Part shown: in pieces, positions 1 to 9,804 of the stretch
Layout: every line of letters begins with the position of its first letter
Numbering within the stretch: the first letter of the stretch is position 1
Source: Promethearchaeota archaeon
GTDB lineage: Archaea; Asgardarchaeota; Lokiarchaeia; Sigyniarchaeales; SOKP01
Direction: 5' to 3'
Assembly (NCBI GenBank): GCA_048939015.1
Contig: JBHLPW010000029.1
Coordinates: 21,233-60,044, forward strand
DNA: 38,812 bases
Position numbers and translations under genes: made by a program
The notes under the pieces: model-generated
What the model was told of the DNA's origin: nothing
The model's input: the letters and a program-made list of their open reading frames with translations, nothing else
Databases searched by the model: none

Positions 1-262
1 TATTTATTTCTTCAATACCTTTACGGAACATCATTGGGTTAAACGCCGGGTTATTCCCAAGTGCAATATGGGTATCTGAAATTAAGACTATACGTTTGCT
101 TATTTCTTTATTAATTCCTGCCCAATCTGAATAAACTTTTTTTACCCGAGGGTGACCAAGTGATTCAGAATATTTTATTAACGCTTCCGCGAGAGGCACA
201 TTAGTACCTTTAGCTACTACTCGAACATTCTCATAGTCCCAAAAAATGGCAACTTCATCCAT
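1..262 (-). CDS. Partial CDS (runs off window): NYN/PIN-like N-terminal segment joined to the start of a calcineurin-like metallophosphoesterase
   Basis: Manual translation from ATG at 262: MDEVAIFWDYENV...KKVYSDW (NYN-type motifs), then KRIVLISDTH (metallophosphoesterase DxH motif I). GAGG RBS-like sequence upstream. Confidence 0.65.
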   Translation of the reverse strand, partial: MDEVAIFWDYENVRVVAKGTNVPLAEALIKYSESLGHPRVKKVYSDWAGINKEISKRIVLISDTHIALGNNPAFNPMMFRKGIEEIN

Positions 263-581
263 AAATAAAACCTCAACTAAAGATAAAATATTGAATTCTT
301 TTTATTTCCTATTAAAATGAAGATGGATTGGATTTTTATATTTAATTAAAATTTTAATTCAAATTGTATGAGTAAAAATAATAAAAATTTTTTTACTATC
401 TCTTATAAACCATAAAATAAGGCTAATATTTAAGAAAATTCAGAATATCAAAAGTCCCACTTAAATTTAAGAAAAAATAATTATGGATTCTGTGAGTATA
501 TATTGACTGAACTCTTAACTATAGCAATTCAACCAAAATAAATATTTAAATTTTTAATCAACTAGAACAAATCTGTTAATC

Positions 582-791
582 ATGAGAGAAATTGAAAGAA
601 TAGATAGGATATGTAATCTTTTAAAAGAAAAATGGAAAAAAGCTCCTGATGAGAGATTAGGGCAATTTTTAATAAATCACATTTACGGACCAGATATTCA
701 TAAGGATATTCGTATATATTACATTGAAGATGACAAAGTAGAATTTAATTTAAAAAATTTATTTTCAGATGTAAAAACTGAACCCAAATAA
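582..791 (+). CDS. Small DUF1040/YihD-like protein
   Basis: 69 aa; pattern RIDRICNLLKEKWKKAPDERLGQFL...IEDD resembles the YihD/DUF1040 family and small phage proteins. Confidence 0.5.
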   Translation: MREIERIDRICNLLKEKWKKAPDERLGQFLINHIYGPDIHKDIRIYYIEDDKVEFNLKNLFSDVKTEPK

Positions 792-984
792 ACTTATTTT
801 ACTTTTTTATGAAGCAATGATAAGTAAAAATAGCCTTTGCCATTTTTCGTTAATAGTAAAATTATAAATCATATTTTAAGCTTTATCCTTGTTTCTTTAA
901 AACATAAATAATTTTCAAAGCTCGTTTATTAAATTTTTGTGATAAATCTAAACCGAGGACTTTATTAAAGAAATTAGGGAATCA

Positions 985-2514
985 TTGATAAAAAGTAAAA
1001 TCATTCAAATGAAAGAAGAGAGCACTTCCCAAATCAATGACTATAATAATAGTAAGCTAAATTTAATCCGGTTAGATTTAAAGGGTTATATTTATGAACA
1101 GGATAAAATTCGAAGGAATTATGGTAACAAGCTTATCTATACTAAGTTATTAAAGTACTCGAAAAAGATTATTGAAGATTATGTAATAAAAAATAGTTTG
1201 ATAACCAATAGCGATACAAAAAAAAGAAATGAGAATCAATTAATTTTCGAAAAAGATGGAACTCTCCGAAAAGCAGAATATCTTATAAAAGGAGATGGTA
1301 ATTTCGATAAAATCTTGAATTCAAGAAAAAAATATGGATATGAGGCTATTGTGTACAAATTAAAATCAAAATTAACCCCTTGGAAAAATAAAGTGTATTT
1401 TGGTTTTTCTAAGCATAATGTCAGGAAAAGAATGTATAAGCATATAATGGCTACAATTGGGCCTCATGGTTATTGCCCTGAATGTGAATATGTTAATTAT
1501 GTAAAACTACATGAGGCAATACTCAATGCGCTGAACTTTGAAAAAATAAATATCCGGTTTGAATATAGATGGCTGAAATCTAAAATGGGAACCCTAGAGT
1601 ACAAAGAAAGAATGGATTTCCTATTACGAATTTTAAAAAGATATTTTGAGATTGAAACAGTCGAGCTCCATAGAAAAAAGGAAACCGCAAAAAGGAATGA
1701 AAAATGGCATACAAAAAATTATGTCAATGATGACGGAACAGTAGGTACAGTTGAAAACGGATTAAATGAAATATGTGGAGGAAGTGATGGCCAGTATATT
1801 CAGCTTCCATTAATAGATATTGCCGCAATGCTTTCCATTGGCATAAAACCAAAAAGAATTCATCGATTAATAGTAAAACTCTATTCCATAGATGTTGCAT
1901 ATGAGACTGTTTCAGAACGTATCCGTGATATCTGGGAGGGTTATTCAGACGCTCTTGAATTATTTTTAAAACCTGTGGTAGAAGCTTTAATAATGGATGA
2001 TAGTGATTTCCAATTCAATGAAATATGTACTGCAATTAATAGAGATAGAAGCAATGCCAGGATGTACCTTAAATATTGGTATAATGGTCGTACTTTCTTA
2101 ATTTTAAAAACATTGAAGAAAAAAGGTGTGTTAGATTGGTCTAACTTGCCATTCTATAATGAGGAAGAACGACCGGAACTAAGAGGGATCTCTCTGAAAA
2201 CTTGGAAGAAATGGTCAATCGAAGGTGTAACTTGTAAAAAAATTGGAGAAAAATTAGGTTTAAATGAAGAAACAATACGGCAGACATATAAAGATATTCC
2301 AGAATTAGGATCCCCTCAGAAATGTAGAGATACTCTCCGAAAAAAAATTATTCGAAAACTTCTAGCAGAGAATTGGGATCCAAAAAAGATTATGGAAGAT
2401 AAATTTAAAATGACTCCTAGAGATAATTATTGCATTAAAATCTTCTATGAGAGACTGTTTCACGGCTTAAAGTTTGAGGAAATTGTTGTTAAAGGGAAAA
2501 AATACCAATTGTAA
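985..2514 (+). CDS. GIY-YIG endonuclease with C-terminal HTH-like repeats
   Basis: AIVYKL...KVYFGFS...RKRMYKH (GIY/YIG/Arg helix), later RNEKWH (catalytic Glu) and GLNEICGG (Asn motif). C-terminal HTH-like segments such as GVTCKKIGEKLGLNEETIRQ. True start may be the ATG at 1009. Confidence 0.7.
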   Translation: MIKSKIIQMKEESTSQINDYNNSKLNLIRLDLKGYIYEQDKIRRNYGNKLIYTKLLKYSKKIIEDYVIKNSLITNSDTKKRNENQLIFEKDGTLRKAEYLIKGDGNFDKILNSRKKYGYEAIVYKLKSKLTPWKNKVYFGFSKHNVRKRMYKHIMATIGPHGYCPECEYVNYVKLHEAILNALNFEKINIRFEYRWLKSKMGTLEYKERMDFLLRILKRYFEIETVELHRKKETAKRNEKWHTKNYVNDDGTVGTVENGLNEICGGSDGQYIQLPLIDIAAMLSIGIKPKRIHRLIVKLYSIDVAYETVSERIRDIWEGYSDALELFLKPVVEALIMDDSDFQFNEICTAINRDRSNARMYLKYWYNGRTFLILKTLKKKGVLDWSNLPFYNEEERPELRGISLKTWKKWSIEGVTCKKIGEKLGLNEETIRQTYKDIPELGSPQKCRDTLRKKIIRKLLAENWDPKKIMEDKFKMTPRDNYCIKIFYERLFHGLKFEEIVVKGKKYQL

Positions 2515-2531
2515 AACATTTAAATTAATTC

Positions 2532-2548
2532 TGATTTTTACCTACCTA
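2532..2548 (+). repeat. Dispersed direct repeat TGATTTTTACCTACCTA, copy 1
   Basis: Identical (17/17) to 5177-5193. Confidence 0.85.
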
Positions 2549-2642
2549 AGCCCAATGGGATTCGATGATGATGGGCACATGAAAAATTTATAACTATTCC
2601 CTAAAGGCAATTCTAGATAAAATAGAAAGTATTGATAAAAGA

Positions 2643-2659
2643 TTATTTTTGCCTACCTA
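2643..2659 (+). repeat. Dispersed direct repeat, copy 2 (TTATTTTTGCCTACCTA)
   Basis: 15/17 match to copy 1; supplies the TAG stop of the minus-strand 759-aa ORF. Confidence 0.7.
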
Positions 2660-4936
2660 TGTGGCAAGTGTGGGGATTTGGGGTCGAATTTCTGAATCAA
2701 TTTTTTTATATTCTGTTTTATCTTTTAGAAATTCATATCCAAATAAATTTGTTATAGAAATATCCCAATTATTAATATCTTTTATATTTCTAACCACATT
2801 TGCTTTTCGAGTGTAAAATCGTTTTAAACAAGGAAAGAAAAAGTATACTTGAGCATTATGATAATTGTGTTTTTTTGAATAATTAACAAAGGTATTAACA
2901 AAAATAAACACAACACCAGATTCATGTATTTTAATATTCGAATCAGCATGATATTTCCCCCATTGATGGGCTTCATAAAGGGTTAATGTATTTGTGTTTT
3001 TATCATATGAAGGTTTGAATGTGGAGGGGTATACTTTTCTAAAATCCTCCAGATTTTTTTCTTCATATTCAATATTTAGGTTTTTAATTAATAAAAGCTC
3101 TGAAGTGCTTGATAAATAATGATTAATTGCGGTTTTTAGTATATTACAATCATGATAATATTTTTCTAAACGTGTTTTGAATTCATTGAATTCTGAATAA
3201 AATTCTTGCATGATATTAGGGTTATCTTGTTTAATTTCATCGCAAAGAGCCTTCATTTTTTGTAAAACATCCGCCAAATTTTTTGTATTTCCTGTCCGGT
3301 TGTAGTAATAATAATGTCTTCTTTGATACCGAATGTCTCTGTCATTAATAAAATAGATCTCTTTCCAATAGGTAGTATGGTAGATAGATATCACAATTTT
3401 TTTATAAATTCCAAAATCAAGGTCAAAAAGAGGTAATGCAGGAAGAATTAATTTAGCATCACGAATGAGAGAGCGTTCAAGAATATTAAATTCTACAATT
3501 GTATTTTGATTTAATTTATCTATTTTATCAATCAAATCTTCGAATGCACTATAACTAGAGAACTCATATATTGTATAATAAGATTTATTCTGAATTACCT
3601 TGAAGTGGTTTTCAAGTAAAATTTTATGAGCTCTTTCGAAATTAATGAATTTATCATCTATTTTAAGAAATCTCCTATTAGCGTACCAAATTCGAGACCA
3701 ATCAATAAACTTTAGTAGATTATCTGCTTGTTCACAGTTCTTATTCATCAATGCTTCAATTACAGGTAAACGTATTTTTTTCTTATAATTAGTAATAATT
3801 CTATCAATGATTTTATATCCTCTCTCAAAAAAATGATTTATAAGAAGAACAGCTGCTTGAGTTTTATAAACAAAATAACCACCTGATAGTGTGACCTTTA
3901 GAAAATTAAAGGACTCTTCACTTGAAGTAATAAAGACTGGTAAATGTTTTAAGCAAGAAAATGACTCCCTATTTGAGGGCTCTAAAATCAAATTTATTGT
4001 GGATTTGTCTAAAATTTCTTCAATTTGAGATTGATCTAATCCTTTTAGAAAGCGCTTTTTAATGATATATATTATATCATTAATTCTCTTTTCTTTAACA
4101 CTTTCCATTATCTTATCTTTAATAATTTTAGGGGCTTGAGTATTGCCCATTTGAGTTAAATAGCGCAATAGAGGAAAGCAATCTTGAATTCTTTGATTTA
4201 TTGTTTGTGTAATATCAATATTATTAAAAAGTTCTGATAATTCTTCAGAAGAGAAATAGTTAAAAAATCTTCTGTAATAATAAAATCTTCTCCTACGCAC
4301 AAGAAGGTAAATATCTTTAGCGATACCCTTATCAAATCTATATTTGATTTGATTCCTTATTAAAGCTTTACTGCTAGAATATCCAAGTTTCTCAATTTGT
4401 TGGAGAATTTGGAAAACTAGATCAATTTTTTGGTCTTTAAATGATCCCATGTCAAGGTCTTCCATCAAAGTGTTAATTTCTTCCTTATTCAATGATTTCA
4501 AGTATCCTTGATTTAGAAGATAAAGCATCACTGTAATATGACCGCTTGAAAATCTAGATGCTATCTCATCTTTATACACCCGTTTCGCTTTAATATCTCC
4601 TACTTCAGATAGCTTTCTTAATAAAGGGAATGCGATATTTCTATGGAGTATGCATGTGTTATAATCATTTTCTGCCCATGCTTGGATGTTAGAACAGTGT
4701 GCGACAAATTCAGTCTCTGCAGATATTTGATTGTAACTATTGCCATGCCACCTATGACTTAGAGTTTCAGCAGCTTCATCAATAGAATTAATCTCATTAT
4801 ATTGCTCGACTTTAGAAACCGGTATATTCAAAAGTAAGTACATACACTGATTAAACCGTTCTCCATTTACATAAATATTAGTTCGACCATTTTCTAGTCG
4901 TAATGATAGAAATTCATTAATAGTATAAGTAAGCAT
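2657..4936 (-). CDS. Lokiarchaeota-type expanded-family protein with three internal helical repeats
   Basis: N-terminal INEFLSLRLENGRTNIYVNG...SIDEAAE...EFVAHCSNIQAW...LHRNIAFPLL matches a domain I recall from Loki (often LRR-linked) proteins. Repeats begin FPLLRKL / FQILQQI / FPLLRYL. Confidence 0.7.
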   Translation of the reverse strand: MLTYTINEFLSLRLENGRTNIYVNGERFNQCMYLLLNIPVSKVEQYNEINSIDEAAETLSHRWHGNSYNQISAETEFVAHCSNIQAWAENDYNTCILHRNIAFPLLRKLSEVGDIKAKRVYKDEIASRFSSGHITVMLYLLNQGYLKSLNKEEINTLMEDLDMGSFKDQKIDLVFQILQQIEKLGYSSSKALIRNQIKYRFDKGIAKDIYLLVRRRRFYYYRRFFNYFSSEELSELFNNIDITQTINQRIQDCFPLLRYLTQMGNTQAPKIIKDKIMESVKEKRINDIIYIIKKRFLKGLDQSQIEEILDKSTINLILEPSNRESFSCLKHLPVFITSSEESFNFLKVTLSGGYFVYKTQAAVLLINHFFERGYKIIDRIITNYKKKIRLPVIEALMNKNCEQADNLLKFIDWSRIWYANRRFLKIDDKFINFERAHKILLENHFKVIQNKSYYTIYEFSSYSAFEDLIDKIDKLNQNTIVEFNILERSLIRDAKLILPALPLFDLDFGIYKKIVISIYHTTYWKEIYFINDRDIRYQRRHYYYYNRTGNTKNLADVLQKMKALCDEIKQDNPNIMQEFYSEFNEFKTRLEKYYHDCNILKTAINHYLSSTSELLLIKNLNIEYEEKNLEDFRKVYPSTFKPSYDKNTNTLTLYEAHQWGKYHADSNIKIHESGVVFIFVNTFVNYSKKHNYHNAQVYFFFPCLKRFYTRKANVVRNIKDINNWDISITNLFGYEFLKDKTEYKKIDSEIRPQIPTLAT

Positions 4937-5033
4937 TCCTGGAAAATGAAAATTTTTTTGTTCTTAATTGGGTGTATAATCTAATTCTAGGTTAATTTAT
5001 AAAAACTAACAGCAAGATAATTTTTCAAAAAGA

Positions 5034-5050
5034 TGATTTTTACCTACCCA
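5034..5050 (+). repeat. Dispersed direct repeat, copy 3 (TGATTTTTACCTACCCA)
   Basis: 16/17 match to copy 1; shares upstream AAAAGAT with copy 2. Confidence 0.85.
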
Positions 5051-5176
5051 TTAACTTCTATGGTCCTATGTCCCACTTTGATTTAGTTTTAGATAAAACA
5101 ATAAAATCAACTCTCAAAATGATGTTTTAAATTTTGTCAATATCTTTTTGATTAAGATTTAATCATTAGATTTGCA

Positions 5177-5193
5177 TGATTTTTACCTACCTA
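5177..5193 (+). repeat. Dispersed direct repeat, copy 4
   Basis: Identical to copy 1. Confidence 0.85.
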
Positions 5194-5318
5194 GCGCACA
5201 TTGGCCCCCCAAAGTTGCATGTTAGAAAAAAATTTTTTCTTTATATATAAAAGATCCTATTTTATTCTTACAATTAATAATTATTCTATCTTCAGTAATT
5301 TGAAAATCATTCAACACA

Positions 5319-5867
5319 ATGAGCAAAGTATTAGAAAGTATAACTCAAAAAGTAAATTACTATAGTAGACCTAGGACAATCTCAATTAATTCTTTTAAGA
5401 TTCTATTTTATCTAACTAAGAGAAAAGGTACAGCATATTTTAGTGAAATCAAATCATTTTTGAATCGAAGTAGTAGCCAAGTTTCTCAAATTATGAGAAG
5501 ATTAAGACTCAAAAAATATGTTATAATAAAAAGTAATCGTCCATTGAAATATGCAATAACAGAATTGGGAAGAAAAGTAAATAAACGAACTATTAATGAT
5601 TTCTTGAGGTATAAAGATGAAAACTGTAATGATAGTAAAAGCCTTAAAATCCTAGACTCTTCAGTCTCTCGCAAGAATACTGAATTTCAAGATGAATGGT
5701 TAAAATATGAGGAATTAGAGGAATATTATAAGAGTATCCTTATCAGGTTTTTCATGGAATTACCCGAGATATTAGTAGATTTGGATATTGATTTCACACC
5801 CGATAAATATTCTAAATTTGTTGAAGAAACCAAAGCGTGCCTTTTTAAATATAACTTTTTACCTTGA
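5319..5867 (+). CDS. MarR-like winged-helix transcription regulator
   Basis: ILFYL...AYFSEIKSFLNRSSSQVSQIMRRLRLKKYV...YAITELGR wHTH signature. Confidence 0.75.
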   Translation: MSKVLESITQKVNYYSRPRTISINSFKILFYLTKRKGTAYFSEIKSFLNRSSSQVSQIMRRLRLKKYVIIKSNRPLKYAITELGRKVNKRTINDFLRYKDENCNDSKSLKILDSSVSRKNTEFQDEWLKYEELEEYYKSILIRFFMELPEILVDLDIDFTPDKYSKFVEETKACLFKYNFLP

Positions 5868-5892
5868 ATTAATGAAATTCTGATTTAGATGA

Positions 5893-6618
5893 TTAAGGAT
5901 TCTCAATAAAATCTCTTATTCTTCTCTCAATTGAATTTATTGGTTTTCGAGGTAATTTTGGTCTCCATGTTATGTCGAAATTATTATTTAATCTATTCAA
6001 TGCGATTATCAAAAGGTTAAGACTATTCGATACTGTGTTATGTGTTATTGTTTCTGTCTTAATGAACATTTTTGCAGCCATATTCGTTTTATAGGCCCCT
6101 TTCGCCATTATATTATTCAATAGGTTTATTGCTTGTTTGATCTGAAGTGTCTCAATACTTTCTCGGCTTGTACTTGGAAGTTTTAATAAAGGTTCTAAAT
6201 GAACTGAATCTTCTTCAATCTGCACCGAATCGGTAATTGTAATATTCATCATCAATTTTTTGATTTGTTGAGAGGTATTTTCTCCATATTTTAATAATAG
6301 AGAATCTTTTTCATTTTTCAGTACTAATAACATTATCAAATTTAAATCTTCTATTTGAGAGAGAATAATATTTTGCTCGGAGGTAGTGAGAATTATTGTA
6401 TGATGGACTTCATTTGAGATTAAATCGATGATTCTGTCTATAGAAAGTAATAGAGAGACTGTAAGGGGGCCTACTTCTTCCTCCCGATATAGATGTCCTT
6501 TAGAACATTCAACTGGAAGGCCATCGAAATCAAAAATAAAAAGCGAAATAAAATTAGTATGAAAAAAATCTTTGATTTCCTGGATAAAAACTTTTAGTTT
6601 TTCTTCAAAAAATGTCAT
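5893..6618 (-). CDS. Roadblock/LC7 (MglB-like) domain protein with C-terminal extension
   Basis: SLFIFDFDGLPVE strand-DG motif, then a helix, then HTIILTTSEQNIILSQI...LIMLLVL strands typical of the Roadblock fold. Confidence 0.65.
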   Translation of the reverse strand: MTFFEEKLKVFIQEIKDFFHTNFISLFIFDFDGLPVECSKGHLYREEEVGPLTVSLLLSIDRIIDLISNEVHHTIILTTSEQNIILSQIEDLNLIMLLVLKNEKDSLLLKYGENTSQQIKKLMMNITITDSVQIEEDSVHLEPLLKLPSTSRESIETLQIKQAINLLNNIMAKGAYKTNMAAKMFIKTETITHNTVSNSLNLLIIALNRLNNNFDITWRPKLPRKPINSIERRIRDFIENP

Positions 6619-7206
6619 TTACTAATCATTTATAATATAAGTTTTTAAAGGACTTCATTATCCATGAAGGAAATAAAGGTTACAATTCAAATCATAGAAC
6701 AATACAAATTTCTTTTGTAAAATTAAAGCATGCCATCATTCTTTATCTTCTTCTAGATATCACCTGGATATTACTAAGGTATTTTAGAAATTCTTTTCTG
6801 AGGTATGTTATTTATAATAATCCATTTTAATAGATGCACGATAGAATGGGAGAAGATAAAAATTTAATAAAGAATAACGAACTGGTTGAGGAGATAAAAA
6901 AAGAAATAATTCAATGTATTGAAAAATACATTGATAGGAAATTAAAACCAGTATTAAATTACTTCCAAAAAAAAAAAGATTTCTATGAAATGAGTTATAT
7001 TTGATAGCATCAAAAATATTATTAAAACTATTACAGTTTTTAAAAAAAAATATTAAGAAATTTACATTTTGGGTTAACAAAATGAAGTACATAAATAAAT
7101 AAAAGAGTTCAATAATAAATTAGATTTCTTTTTCTCTGATCCTTATTAAATACTATGGCTCACCCTGGAGTTTTTCAAAGTAAATCAAGAAAAGGAACAC
7201 CTTGAA

Positions 7207-7443
7207 TTAAAGCTTTTTCTCAAATAATTTCTTCTTCTCTTTATCAGTAAATCCATCAAGAAACCCTCCCATTTCCTGACGAGACAATATATACTCATCA
7301 TCGATCGTACCAAGCAACTCTTTCTCAAAATCTCTTGTGCATTTAGGACAATGAATATAATTAGCAAATTCTACGATATTTTCATTTTTACATCGTGGAC
7401 AATGATATTTCTTTTTGTTACTCATTTCCATTATTTTTCGCAA
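7207..7443 (-). CDS. Small Zn-ribbon protein
   Basis: CPRC and CPKC pairs in a 78-aa ORF. Confidence 0.7.
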   Translation of the reverse strand: MRKIMEMSNKKKYHCPRCKNENIVEFANYIHCPKCTRDFEKELLGTIDDEYILSRQEMGGFLDGFTDKEKKKLFEKKL

Positions 7444-7637
7444 TAATCCCTTTTAAAGTTATTAATATAAAAGCTTTTAAAGATCATGATTTTCTTATAT
7501 ACATCGATTTTAAAATCAAAAATGAATTGGAATTTGGTATTTTTCCTATCTTAGTATTGTCTATTGTATTTTATTCATTTTATACAAATTTAAGGATATT
7601 GTCCTAGTATATGTCCTAATACATTAATTTTAAATTA

Positions 7638-9350
7638 TTGAAAATCCGTTTTAAAACTATGGCAAAAATTAATATTATCCCTCAGAAAATCCCAAAACAA
7701 TTTTGGGAAAAAGACCAGTATGAAGATGTCATTCTCTATGCATTAACTGTTTTTGGTCCCTTGAAACGTGAGGAATTTCTAAATAATAAAGATAAAGGGA
7801 TAAACAACAGAATGAATAAAAACACTTTTCACAAATGGGCTAAAAAATTAAAAATTAAGAATTATATACAAGTTTCTCGCGAAGGTAAGTACAGCCTTTA
7901 TAAAATCACTAATTCAGGAACTAAAGAATTATTAAAAAGATTGAAATCCTGTAATCTAGATATGAAGACTATTCTAAATTTAGAGCGTAAATCAATGTCC
8001 AAATTCTTTAATTTAGATATTCAGTTTTTGAAAAATTATGAAATCGAAAATGAAGATATTATAATCGATTTTCTCAAACTTAAAAATGAAATGCCGAGGG
8101 ATAAAATAAATAGATTTTCTGAAGAAAAAGTAAATAGAGTTGTCCTATATCTAACTCTAAACCATCCAAAATTCTATGACTTCTATAGCATGTTTAATAT
8201 TTCAATTGATGATTTTATTGATAAATATGGTAATGGTATTTTATCTCGAGATGAATTAAAAGATTTTCTTCATAAGCTTAGTATAAAAAAAATTTCAGGG
8301 ATTTCATTCTACAAATTGAAGTTACCGAAAAATGGGATCAATTTATATTTTAGATCAAGTGAAGAATTTGGGAGCATTTTTGAAATAATAATTCAGTCAG
8401 TACTCCGAGATTATTATTACTTACAATGCATGCATAATAACAAATTCCCAGAAATTATTCTTAATGAAATTTGTGATAAAGTCTTAACTATCCTTAGGGA
8501 GAAATGTAACTTGTTCCATGAAGATCTTGAGATTGCTTTATATGATACAATAAAATACTATTTATTAACACTTATAAAGGAACTTAAAGTAGAAGTATTA
8601 AATCAGAGTTTTGAATTATATGAAATTCCGACTCTAATAAAAACATCAAAAATTTTTAATTTTGAAACATTGGAATATTTGCAAAAAAGATCGTTATTTC
8701 ATCTTGAGGAAGCATATAATTCTCAGTTAGATTTTGAATACTGGGAAAATATTAAATATGCCAGTGATTTTATAAGAAAGGCAATAGGTTTTGATAGAAG
8801 TAATGCGTATAATTTTGCCCTAAAAGCACAAATCTTACATTTTTTAGGACAGTATGATGAAGCATTACAAACAATATATAAAGCAATAGAATTAGATCCC
8901 CAAGAAGCAAGTTTTTATTCCGATTTAGCATTTTTTCTTAATCGGCAAAGTAAATATGAGGAAGCTTTAAATGCAATAAAACAGGCTATTGAACTAGATC
9001 CTTATAACGCAGAGCATTATTCGTATTTGTCAACTATCTACTGGTCTTTAAATCAAAATGAAAAAGCATTAGAGGCTTTAAATCAAGCTATAGAAAAAGC
9101 CCCTCAGAATATTAGAAATTATATAAGAAAAGCTAACTGCTTAGCGCATGATTTACAAAAATATAATTCTGCATTAAAAATAATAGATAAAGCATTCAAA
9201 CTAAAGATGAAAAAAATAGAGCTTTTTGAACTCTATGATGTAAAAGCAGGGATTTTACTATGCATGAAGAATCGTGGAGCTGCTGTCAATATTATTAAAA
9301 AAGCTAGACAGTTATACCCCAATAAGGAGATTTACCCAAATATTGGATAA
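7638..9350 (+). CDS. Winged-helix plus tetratricopeptide-repeat protein
   Basis: N-terminal wHTH (KNTFHKWAKKL...YKITNSG); C-terminal TPRs (GQYDEALQTIYKAIELDP, KYEEALNAIKQAIELDP, NEKALEALNQAIEKAP). Confidence 0.85.
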   Translation: MKIRFKTMAKINIIPQKIPKQFWEKDQYEDVILYALTVFGPLKREEFLNNKDKGINNRMNKNTFHKWAKKLKIKNYIQVSREGKYSLYKITNSGTKELLKRLKSCNLDMKTILNLERKSMSKFFNLDIQFLKNYEIENEDIIIDFLKLKNEMPRDKINRFSEEKVNRVVLYLTLNHPKFYDFYSMFNISIDDFIDKYGNGILSRDELKDFLHKLSIKKISGISFYKLKLPKNGINLYFRSSEEFGSIFEIIIQSVLRDYYYLQCMHNNKFPEIILNEICDKVLTILREKCNLFHEDLEIALYDTIKYYLLTLIKELKVEVLNQSFELYEIPTLIKTSKIFNFETLEYLQKRSLFHLEEAYNSQLDFEYWENIKYASDFIRKAIGFDRSNAYNFALKAQILHFLGQYDEALQTIYKAIELDPQEASFYSDLAFFLNRQSKYEEALNAIKQAIELDPYNAEHYSYLSTIYWSLNQNEKALEALNQAIEKAPQNIRNYIRKANCLAHDLQKYNSALKIIDKAFKLKMKKIELFELYDVKAGILLCMKNRGAAVNIIKKARQLYPNKEIYPNIG

Positions 9351-9568
9351 ATTTTAATATAAAATGGAGAGTACATCATTTTAATTGTAGTTTAAATATA
9401 TGTTGGTCAAAGAAAATGTAAGAAAATCATAATACAATATTATAATAATCGCCTTTTTCATCATGTCTCTTTTTCTTAATCCTAATGTATTATGATTTCT
9501 TTTACTTTCTTACGAGTATTAGAATGAAAACTTTTTAAGCGTAGGATTTTTAATTTTTAAAAATAGAA

Positions 9569-9592
9569 TTCGTGAAACGTGCGTTTCACGAA
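9569..9592. promoter_or_regulatory. Perfect 11-bp inverted repeat, probable operator
   Basis: TTCGTGAAACG-TG-CGTTTCACGAA in the intergenic region upstream of 9805. Confidence 0.55.
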
Positions 9593-9804
9593 ATAACCCC
9601 GTACAAGAAAGTATTTAAAAAAACAGAAATTTATTGCCTCCGATTGTCTAGAGGTTTTTGTCGTCCAAGTTTATAAAGAAAAAATTCACTTTTTGTTAAA
9701 ACCTGCACTCTCTTTAATGTTTATAATTATTGAGGGAATTATAGAAATGCAAAATTATTTTAAGGCAAATTTTTAGAGTCAAAGTATTTAAAATCACCAG
9801 GTTC

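Noticed and set aside
2532-5235. Canonical CRISPR array or C/D-box sRNAs
   Set aside because: Repeats are only 17 bp, spaced 111-143 bp and split by a gene, with no cas genes. The single ATGATGA near 2565 has no properly placed D box.
5033-5250. Repeats read as short peptides starting MIFTY
   Set aside because: Only copies 3 and 4 have ATG, and the downstream peptides are unrelated, so conservation looks nucleotide-level.
6808-7092. 94-aa minus-strand ORF; also possible frameshifted plus-strand gene relic
   Set aside because: Low-complexity F/I/L-rich translation of AT-rich DNA; plus-strand fragments match nothing I recognise.
7395-7607. 70-aa ORF and other short antisense or overlapping ORFs in the track (5486, 7185, 10137, 15896, 16145, 16330, 17780, 18610, 18863, 19237, 21485, 23393, 23681, 24951, 25908, 26903, 28085, 33659, 35193)
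   Set aside because: They overlap better-supported genes and are shadow frames without motifs.
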